From contig WYBU01000034.1 in assembly GCA_011525745.1 (NCBI GenBank), positions 1 through 24,000 of the forward strand: a DNA stretch of 24,000 nt, in the 5' to 3' direction. This stretch comes from Planctomycetaceae bacterium (GTDB lineage: Bacteria; Planctomycetota; Phycisphaerae; UBA1845; UTPLA1). Below are positions 16,422 to 22,963 of the stretch, in pieces; position 1 is the first letter of the stretch; each line of letters starts with the position of its first letter. A program made the position numbers and the translations under genes. The notes under the pieces are model-generated. The model was not told the DNA's origin. It did not search any database and was given only the letters and a program-made list of their open reading frames with translations.

Positions 16422-17099
16422 TTACACGCCGCTCGGCGTCGGCGGCAGCGTGATGCTCACGAGTTTCTGCGCTTCAAACATCTCTCCCGTGATGACGTCG
16501 TGAAACACCACGCGCAGCGTCACCGAACTGTGCCGCGGCGGACCCTTGTCGCCCCACGGCAGCCGCAGCGTGTAATGATTCGTCATCAGCCGGCCGTACC
16601 ACGCTTTGCGCGATTCCTCCGGCGACCAGCGCTTTTCGGCCACCAACTGCTGCGTCGGCGCCGCGGCCAGATCGAGCACCTGAACGTGGATGATTCCCGC
16701 CGCCTTAACGACGTCGCCGTCGGCGTCGTAGGGACGCAGATAGACGACGACGCCGTCGTCGCCGGGCTGGCCGTCCTGATCGTAGCCCCGCGACTTGGAG
16801 TCGATTTCGATTCGTGCGGTCGGATAGAGAAGCTGCACGCGGCCGGGACCGCCGATGGCTTCCAGCGTTTTGACGCGCCGTTGCAGTCCGCGGATGGTCT
16901 CCTCGCGGGCGATCAGGTCTTTGGCCTGCGCGGCATTCTTGCGTTCCAACGCGGCGTTGCGCTCCTCGAGATCCGCGATTGTTTTGTTCTGCTGCTCGCA
17001 TGCGCCGAGGGGGAGAAGCAGCAGCAGCGTTAATGTCGTGCGCCTGCCGCGCTTGAGAGCCGATTGCGGGCAATAAAAGGCACGAAGGCGCGAAGGCAC
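16422..17099 (-). CDS. Lipoprotein of unknown function with an N-terminal coiled coil
   Basis: Lipobox LLLLLPLGAC preceded by KRGRRTT. The nearest canonical in-frame start is GTG at 17099 (225 aa). The 328-aa ORF-track start (17408) would put about 100 aa in front of the signal peptide. The start is uncertain because no SD is present and the start region lies inside a repeat. Confidence 0.55.
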   Translation of the reverse strand: MPSRLRAFYCPQSALKRGRRTTLTLLLLLPLGACEQQNKTIADLEERNAALERKNAAQAKDLIAREETIRGLQRRVKTLEAIGGPGRVQLLYPTARIEIDSKSRGYDQDGQPGDDGVVVYLRPYDADGDVVKAAGIIHVQVLDLAAAPTQQLVAEKRWSPEESRKAWYGRLMTNHYTLRLPWGDKGPPRHSSVTLRVVFHDVITGEMFEAQKLVSITLPPTPSGV

Positions 17100-17205
17100 G
17101 AAGGCCCGAAGGGGAGAGGGAACCGGGAGCGAGGAAGAGGGAACATTGGAGCGATGAAGCGACGAAGCGGCCCCGTCGCAAGCGGGGGAGCGACGAAGGG
17201 AGGAG
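17076..17205 (+). repeat. CGAAGG-rich repeat, family 2, copy X
   Basis: Tandem CACGAAGG/CGCGAAGG/CACGAAGG/CCCGAAGG units (17081-17112), then ...GAAGCGACGAAG... and GCGACGAAGGGA. Its reverse complement aligns with 17460-17535. 12-mers are shared with 19536-19550. Confidence 0.75.
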
Positions 17206-17459
17206 ATGCGCCGCCGTTCGGACCCATGCGCGTCGCTTTCGCGGTCGGCGTTGTGCGGCGCGCTGCCCAAACCGTGCTGGTCCGGCGCGGTGGGAATTCT
17301 GATTGAGCGCAGCGTTGTATTCGACATCACACGTTTCGCACAATCGAAGCCGCCGCTCATGCCGGTTGCCTTCGCGTCGCGCGTCGATTGTCGAGCGATT
17401 CGCTCCATTACGGCAAGACCAACGACTCATAGACACTCAAGGCGATGGCCATTGTTTCG

Positions 17460-17535
17460 CCTTTCGTCGCTTCCCCGCTTTTGCGGCGGCTGCTTCGACG
17501 CTCGCCCCTTTCCCCTTCGGGCCTCCGTGCCTTTT
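17460..17535 (-). repeat. CGAAGG-rich repeat, family 2, copy Y (inverted relative to X)
   Basis: CCTTTCGTCGCTTCCCCGCTTTTGCGGCGG...CCCCTTCGGGCCTCCGTGCCTTTT aligns with the reverse complement of 17076-17205, with one internal deletion. Confidence 0.7.
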
Positions 17536-17574
17536 CAAGTCACAAATTGGCTCACACGTTCAACCCGCGCTCCG

Positions 17575-18222
17575 TCATTCTTCCCCATTCGACTTCGGCC
17601 GATTGACCAGCGCCTCGGGAATGCGCGTCAGCACGTGATCGACCAGGCCGTATTCGACCGCCTCGCGCGCGTCGAGCCACAGGTTGCGGTCGCAGTCCTT
17701 TTCGATGCGCGCGATGTCCTTGCCGGTCGATTCGGCCAGTATCTCATACAGCAGGCCGCGCAGCCGGATGATCTCCTTCGCCTCGATCGACAAGTCCGTG
17801 GCCGTGCCCTGCATGACGCCGCCCAGCAGCGGCTGATGCAGCAGCACGCGCGAATTCTTCAGAATGTATCGCTTGCCCTTTGTACCGCCGGTCAGCAGGA
17901 TCGCGCCCATGCTGGCCGACAGTCCGATGCCGTAGGTGGCCACGTCGCAGCGCAGGAAGCGCATCGTATCAAAAATGGCCAGCCCGGCCGACACGCTGCC
18001 GCCGGGCGAGTTGATGTAAAAGTGGATGTCCGAGGCGGGGTGCTCGTTGGACAGGAACAGCATCTGCGCGACGATTGTGTTGGCCGCCTCGTCGTCGACC
18101 TGGCCGCCGAGGAACACGATGCGGTCCTTCAGCAGCCGCGAATAGATGTCATAGGCCCGCTCGCCCCGGCCGGTCTTTTCGATCACGATCGGGATGAGGT
18201 GTTGATTCCGCGTCATCGACAT
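17575..18222 (-). CDS. clpP: ATP-dependent Clp protease proteolytic subunit ClpP (Asn at the triad Asp position)
   Basis: 215 aa. ATG with AAGGAG 7 nt upstream. Collinear with E. coli ClpP: [27 protein letters not shown], Ser in GLSASMGA, His in LLHQPL, C-terminal EAVEYGLVD. The residue aligned with the catalytic Asp is N180 (AAC, nt 17683-17685). Confidence 0.93.
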   Translation of the reverse strand: MSMTRNQHLIPIVIEKTGRGERAYDIYSRLLKDRIVFLGGQVDDEAANTIVAQMLFLSNEHPASDIHFYINSPGGSVSAGLAIFDTMRFLRCDVATYGIGLSASMGAILLTGGTKGKRYILKNSRVLLHQPLLGGVMQGTATDLSIEAKEIIRLRGLLYEILAESTGKDIARIEKDCDRNLWLDAREAVEYGLVDHVLTRIPEALVNRPKSNGEE

Positions 18223-18450
18223 TCAGCTTCTCCTTGGTGCGTCTCGGTGCGAATGGCCTGCGGCCGTGGAGCCGTCGCCCGCGACCGGTGCAGGCCGGTC
18301 GCACCGTACGCTCGATCCGGTTCGATCCTAAGCTGCCGCAATGGCGTCGGCAACCGTATGTTCTGTAGTGTCGCCCCAATGGGGCACTGCCGCCGCCGGC
18401 TGTATTACCCACGGCTGGACAGCGGCATCGCGCGCGGAGTCGACACGCGC

Positions 18451-18515
18451 CAAGCCCTCGCGGGACACGGCTTTCATTGTTGTCACGAAAGTCCGCGCGA
18501 GGGGTTGACATTGCC
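18451..18515. repeat. Long imperfect hairpin, repeat family 4 copy
   Basis: CAAGCCCTCGCGGGAC (18451-18466) pairs with GTCCGCGCGAGGGGTTG (18491-18507). An inner stem GGCTTTC...GAAAGTC is present. The 3' arm CGCGCGAGGGGTTGACATTGCC (18494-18515) matches 22879-22900 at 19 of 22 positions. Confidence 0.75.
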
Positions 18516-18648
18516 ACCCTGGCGGACTTCGCGCGAGGGCGTGAGTGTGTCTGCCCGGCGAGCGTTCGCGCATCACGTTTGCGAATCCCGGGCATGCTCG
18601 CGCGACGCCGAATGGCCGCCAACGACCTGATCCGTTCTAATCGGCGGC

Positions 18649-19446
18649 ATGAATGCCGAGAACGACGCCGCGTTGGCGGCATTTGCCGTCGATCTGGCCC
18701 GCCGGGGCGGCGAACTGGCGCGACATTGGAGCGGTTCGCGCGACGCCGCGTACAAAGTCGACGAATCGCCCGTCACCGAAGCAGATCATGCCGTACAGAA
18801 GTTCATGCTCGAGGCCATCGAGGCGGCCTGTCCCGATCACGCCGTGCTGGCAGAGGAGTTTCTGGACGATCCGCGCCACGCGCGGCCGTCGCGATACTGC
18901 TGGGTGATCGATCCGATCGACGGCACGCGCAACTTCGCCCGCGGGATTCGCACGTTCGCCACGTCGGTCGCCCTGCTGCACGCCGGCCGGCCGATTGTGG
19001 CGGCGACCTATGACGCGTGCTTCGGGCGCGTCTATTCGGCGCAGCGCGGCGGTGGGGCGTTCGTTGACGGCCGGCGGATGCAGGTCGGCGATCGTCCGCT
19101 GGATCGGCACGTGATCGTGGCAATGTCGTCGTTTTTCGGCGCTGATGCGCCACCATTCGTGCAGCATCTGCTGAAGTCGTATCAGTTTCGCAACGTCGGA
19201 TCGCTGTGCCTGCATCTGGCGGGCGTTGCGGCGGGGGACTACGACGCGGTGTACGCACTGGTGGCCAAGGTGTGGGACATCGCGGCCGGATCGCTGCTGA
19301 TCGAGGAAGCCGGCGGCGTCCTCACGTCGCCCGATGGCGGGGCGCTGTGGCCGATCGATCCGGCGACGTATGACGGGCGCGATCTTCCGGTGCTCGGCGC
19401 GGGGCGGCGGTTGCACGCGGAGCTGGTGGAGCGGTTTCGGGAGTAA
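18649..19446 (+). CDS. Inositol monophosphatase family protein (SuhB/CysQ-like)
   Basis: 265 aa. Motifs ESPVTEADHAV, WVIDPIDGTRNF and VWDIAAGSLLIEEAGG. ATG at 18649 with no SD. TCTAAT lies 7 nt upstream. Confidence 0.9.
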   Translation: MNAENDAALAAFAVDLARRGGELARHWSGSRDAAYKVDESPVTEADHAVQKFMLEAIEAACPDHAVLAEEFLDDPRHARPSRYCWVIDPIDGTRNFARGIRTFATSVALLHAGRPIVAATYDACFGRVYSAQRGGGAFVDGRRMQVGDRPLDRHVIVAMSSFFGADAPPFVQHLLKSYQFRNVGSLCLHLAGVAAGDYDAVYALVAKVWDIAAGSLLIEEAGGVLTSPDGGALWPIDPATYDGRDLPVLGAGRRLHAELVERFRE

Positions 19447-19448
19447 AC

Positions 19449-19598
19449 GTCGAAACGTCTAAAGTCGAAATGAAACGTTGAAAACTCGAGATGTCGAAAA
19501 TTGGGAACAGGGATCAGGGATCGGCAACGGCGGACGAAGCGACGAAGGGAAGGTGTGTGGGAATCGGCTGACGAAGCGGACCGCCCCGTCCGGGGCGG
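19449..19598 (+). repeat. Composite spacer with a family-1 GTCGAAA module, a family-2 module and a GC hairpin
   Basis: GTCGAAA at 19449, 19464 and 19492. AAGTCGAAATGAAACGT (19462-19478) matches the 5' end of copy A. GAAGCGACGAAGGGA (19536-19550) matches 17156-17167 and 17190-17201. Hairpin CCGCCCC-GTCC-GGGGCGG at 19581-19598. Confidence 0.7.
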
Positions 19599-19869
19599 TG
19601 TGGATAGGGGCGTGACGCAGACCACGGGTTCCGCTCGGCCCTGGCAGGCCCCGCTGCACCGGTGGCAACAAACCGGCACTCCGTCGGCGTGCAATGCGGC
19701 CGCGGTGCCGGCGGCACCGACGCCGCGCGCACCGCACATCGTTTTGGCGGGAGCACGTACAAAGGGAAGAAAAGCCTCGCGGGATGCGTGTGCGCTGCGC
19801 GGGCGTACGAGACTGTACGCAAGGGGCACATGGCGCGCTGGTGCGATGCGACGTGCTTACAATGGACCG

Positions 19870-20313
19870 ATGGATCACATGATTCGGCCGGGGTTGAGGC
19901 AGGTGATTGCGCGCGGCGTGCGCAAGCGCTGTCCGCGGTGCGGGCGGGGGCGGCTGTTCCGCGCGTGGTACACGCTCGACGACGCCTGCCGCACGTGCGG
20001 ACTGACCTACGAGTGCTACGAAGGCAACACGTGGGCCTTCATGTACCTGAGCACGGCGTTTCTGACCGGGCTGATTCTCGCCGCCATGTTCCTGATCAAG
20101 CCCGATGAAATCTGGATGGGCCGCGCAACGGTTGTTTCGGCGGCAGTGATGGCGATTATCGCCTCGCTGCCGCGTCGTAAGGCGGTGGCGGTGGCGCTCG
20201 ATTACTACTCGGAGATCATCTGGAATCAGCCGCCGGCTCAGTTCGGCGATTCGCGCAATGACGTGAACGGTGACAATCGATTTGTTGGGTCGCCCCCGCC
20301 GCACCGCGATTGA
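19870..20313 (+). CDS. DUF983-like zinc-ribbon membrane protein
   Basis: MDHMIRPGLRQVIARGVRKRCPRCGRGRLF...CRTCGL followed by two hydrophobic segments, matching the DUF983 pattern CPxCGxGxLF...CxxCG. Start taken at 19870 (TACAAT 6 nt upstream). An in-frame ATG at 19846 is also possible. The ORF-track start at 19501 lies in repeat DNA. Confidence 0.7.
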   Translation: MDHMIRPGLRQVIARGVRKRCPRCGRGRLFRAWYTLDDACRTCGLTYECYEGNTWAFMYLSTAFLTGLILAAMFLIKPDEIWMGRATVVSAAVMAIIASLPRRKAVAVALDYYSEIIWNQPPAQFGDSRNDVNGDNRFVGSPPPHRD

Positions 20314-20317
20314 TGCG

Positions 20318-20782
20318 TCATGCGACGACACTCATGCTGGGCGTGGTGACGGAAGTCGTCGTGTAGGCGGTGATGGCCGCGCCGGAGGCGGGCGTGCTCG
20401 CCGCCTGGACCGTCGTCGCTCGCAGGGATTGCACGTAGGTCATCTGCTGCCCCGCCTGCGCCAGCAACATGAGGCCGGCCATGCCGAGCAATTCGTCGCG
20501 TTTGTTTTTCTTGTCCCCGCCGCGCAGCAGCGCCAATTGAAGCAGCGCCAGAGCCAGCTTCATGAATTCATCGCCGGGCGCGGTGGTCAGCATTTCGAAG
20601 AGTTGATACGAGCTGCTGGTTTGCGACAGACCTTGTCCGGCTGCGACGCTCGGATCCGACGCACCGGTCGGCGGGGTCAACGGGCGACCGGACGTGGCCG
20701 CAGCGGCCGATGCGACCGGCGCGCTATAGGACCCGCTTTGAACCGTGACGGATGCAACGCTGCTGACGGATGCTTCACTCAT
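20318..20782 (-). CDS. Hypothetical 154-aa protein with S/T/A-rich termini and a hydrophobic/helical core
   Basis: ATG at 20782 with GGGAGG 6 nt upstream. The opposite-strand ORF is Arg/Gly-rich shadow. No motif recognised. Its stop is 4 nt from the stop of the convergent DUF983 gene. Confidence 0.5.
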   Translation of the reverse strand: MSEASVSSVASVTVQSGSYSAPVASAAAATSGRPLTPPTGASDPSVAAGQGLSQTSSSYQLFEMLTTAPGDEFMKLALALLQLALLRGGDKKNKRDELLGMAGLMLLAQAGQQMTYVQSLRATTVQAASTPASGAAITAYTTTSVTTPSMSVVA

Positions 20783-21128
20783 GCCACCCCTCCCTCTGGG
20801 CGCTGGCCCAGAATTCGCCCGGCGTGACAGGAAGGGCAGCCGCCGCGCCCAATGGGTCGCTCGCCGTTACGCGTGCGTAACCTTTTGTCTTGTTGATGGT
20901 TATGGCTGTGAATCGGGGCGTAATGTTGTAACGGTCGTAACGTCTTGCGGCGGTTCGTAAACGGCCGATGCCGAGTCACGGCGGCATGGCGAACGTAATC
21001 ACCGCTGGCGCAAAGTCTTAACGACGTGTTGCGTCATTGGGCGCGAGGCGAAGTCCGTGGCGGGAAACGCGCCATCGTGTGGAACGTGATCGGCGCGATC
21101 CGAGCGCTGACGCCCGCGGCGATTCAAT

Positions 21129-21192
21129 GCCGCCCTGCGGGCCGGTCCGTCCGCTTGTGCGGGAGGCTTCGATCCGACTCTGACTTCGAACC
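21129..21192 (+). repeat. 64-nt double-hairpin repeat, family 3, copy 2
   Basis: GCCGCCCTGCGGGCCGGTCCGTCCGCTTGTGCGGGAGGCTTCGATCCGACTCTGACTTCGAACC aligns with 16326-16389. The hairpins are degraded relative to copy 1. Confidence 0.8.
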
Positions 21193-21476
21193 CCCCCTGT
21201 AATGCTGATTGGTTCGCGCGGTGCACGACGCATCGTCGATAGGTTTCCCGATCGTCGCCATGTGTCCCGGCACGCTCAGGGCGGCAGTCATTAGCCCGGT
21301 CCGTAGGCTCCGGGGCGCGTGAGCTCTCTTCGCCGAAGCCCGCAAATGCGGACGACATTGCGCCCGCCCGTCGGCCGGCTTCGGCGCTTTTGAACAAACC
21401 GGCGTCGAAACGATTTCGTTCACGCGCCGATTGACCTTGCGGACCCTGCATTCCAGCGCCCATTCAATCGTTTTGA

Positions 21477-22694
21477 CTATTCTTCGCGGAAGTCCACGGC
21501 AGCGCAGGTGACGCAGTTCCGCATCTCGCGCGTCACGGCCTGGTGGTAACGCCGCATCGTCGCGGTCGCGCGGCCGTGCAGGGCCGTCGCCAGAACGTAG
21601 ATGCAGCCGACGCTGCAAATGTTGGTCGCGTTCTGTGTTGCGGCGACCGCCGAGCGGAACGCCTCGGGGCCTTCGGCCGCCAGCGAGTTGAGCAGCCGGC
21701 GATCATGTGCCTCGACGCGCGCCAGCGACGCGGCGTCCATGCCGGTGTCGTCCTGGAAGTATTCGCCGACGTGGCTTAAGTCGGCCGCGGCGATCAGGCA
21801 TGTGGGCGTCGGATCATCGCGCAGCGTCTCGCCCAGACCCGCCGCGAAGTCGCGCAGATCAACGCCGCGCCCGTCGCTCGGGCGCGTGCCGGTGGGGCCG
21901 CACGGATCGGGACACAGATAGGGCGCGATGCGGAAGTCGCGGTCGCCCAGCACGTGCCGCAGCACGTGTACTTGCAGCTCGACCGAGTGCTCGCGCTCGT
22001 GGTCCAGCTCGCCCTCGCACAAGTCGGCGTTGAGGCGGCGCTCGATTCGTTGCATGAATTCGCCGTCGTGCGGCACGACGCCGTCGAGCGTTGCGAAATC
22101 CTTGCGCGTGGCGACGACCGCGCGGCGCGCGCCGAAGTGGTTCGCGCCGAGAATCACGAAGCGCGTCGCGTCGGTATGCCGCAACAGATCGGCGTAGGCG
22201 GCGGCGTAGCACGGCCGGCCGCGGGCGTAATCGAGATGCGGCGCGATGACGCCCAACAGACGCCCGCCGCCACGCGGCTCGGCGTCGGCCGGATGGTCGA
22301 GCAGCGTGCCGAAATAGGCGCGCGGATCGTCGCCGACGCCGTCGGCGTGGATGGCGGCGCGGACAGGCGACTCGCGGTAGCGCCGCTCGACTTGGGCCAT
22401 ATGGGCGCGGAAACGGGGACCGTCGAGCAGCATGGCCTCGTCGAGCTGAGCCAGCAGCTTCGCCAGTTCGTCGGAGAACAACATGCGGCCGAAGCGGCGC
22501 ATGTAGTCGGCCTGGATGTCGATGAGCGACCGCGTGCCGTCGAGTCGGGCGAGGATGTACATGACGCCGTGCGAAACCGAAACGATGTGCGGCGAGCGTC
22601 CCGACGGATCGCGCAGGGCGATCGTCCCGTCGCCGGAGAGGGCCTGGACGATCTCGACCGGCCGCAGGGCGGGATGGGCGGGGGCGTCGGGCAT
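21477..22694 (-). CDS. Memo-like protein (AmmeMemoRadiSam system protein B family) with an N-terminal PqqD/RRE-like domain
   Basis: 405 aa, ATG confirmed. Memo motifs: GVIAPHLDYARG, ILGANHFG, EREHSVELQVHVL, AADLSHVG, NICSVGCIYVL. The first ~95 aa (ALRPVEIVQ...IALRDPSG...GVMYILARLDGTRSLIDIQADYMRRFG...ELAKLLAQLDEAMLL) follow the PqqD pattern. Confidence 0.85.
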   Translation of the reverse strand: MPDAPAHPALRPVEIVQALSGDGTIALRDPSGRSPHIVSVSHGVMYILARLDGTRSLIDIQADYMRRFGRMLFSDELAKLLAQLDEAMLLDGPRFRAHMAQVERRYRESPVRAAIHADGVGDDPRAYFGTLLDHPADAEPRGGGRLLGVIAPHLDYARGRPCYAAAYADLLRHTDATRFVILGANHFGARRAVVATRKDFATLDGVVPHDGEFMQRIERRLNADLCEGELDHEREHSVELQVHVLRHVLGDRDFRIAPYLCPDPCGPTGTRPSDGRGVDLRDFAAGLGETLRDDPTPTCLIAAADLSHVGEYFQDDTGMDAASLARVEAHDRRLLNSLAAEGPEAFRSAVAATQNATNICSVGCIYVLATALHGRATATMRRYHQAVTREMRNCVTCAAVDFREE

Positions 22695-22700
22695 GGGGTA

Positions 22701-22733
22701 ATTGTACGACGCGAAGGCGTGCGACGCCTTCGC
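22701..22733 (-). promoter_or_regulatory. -10-like TACAAT 6 nt upstream of the Memo-like ATG, plus an adjacent perfect 23-bp palindrome
   Basis: The minus strand has TACAAT (22706-22701), then TACCCC, then ATG (22694). Palindrome GCGAAGGCGT-GCG-ACGCCTTCGC at 22711-22733 (10-bp arms) sits over the spacer/-35 position. Confidence 0.4.
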
Positions 22734-22963
22734 ACGATCACGTTCGCACGCGCTTTACGGGCGCGCTGAGGGCGCGCCCATTATTCTCTTGAACGAATCA
22801 CCGCCCCGTTGCGTGCGACAGCTTTCAACATGGCCCTGCGCTCGCGAGGCACGATTCTCGGCGTCACGGGGCCCTTCTCGCGCGTGGGCTTGACAATGCC
22901 CCCCCACGGAACGGCGCTGTTATTTCCGCGCGCATGCTGAACGAAATTGCCTGCGCGACCGCG

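Noticed and set aside
18319-18328. GGTTCGATCC, resembling a tRNA T-arm.
   Set aside because: The flanks do not form a T-stem (GATCC is a direct repeat, not inverted). No acceptor or anticodon arms could be built on either strand.
18373-18385. GCCCCAATGGGGC upstream of clpP. On the minus strand it reads CCCCATTG, resembling a sigma-32 -10 box.
   Set aside because: There is no CTTGAAA-like -35 at 13-15 nt. The sequence is equally well explained as a small palindromic hairpin.
19449-19498. Repeated GTCGAAA units (also 7799-7830) considered as a CRISPR-like or iteron array.
   Set aside because: The units are only 7 nt with irregular 8-21 nt spacing, there are three or four copies, and no cas or rep genes are present. 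They form part of the family-1 repeat.
21045-21060. GAGGCGAAGTCCGTGG resembling the RNase P RNA P4 motif (GAGGAAAGUCCGGGC), and GACAGGAAGGGCAGCC (20826-20841) resembling the SRP RNA domain IV.
   Set aside because: None of the other universally conserved RNase P or SRP segments is present nearby. The matches are short and imperfect.
20999-21463. 154-aa minus-strand ORF (also 21124..21618) inside the 694-nt spacer.
   Set aside because: The product is Arg/Gly/Ala-rich and shadow-like, it runs through the family-3 repeat, and it has no SD or motif.
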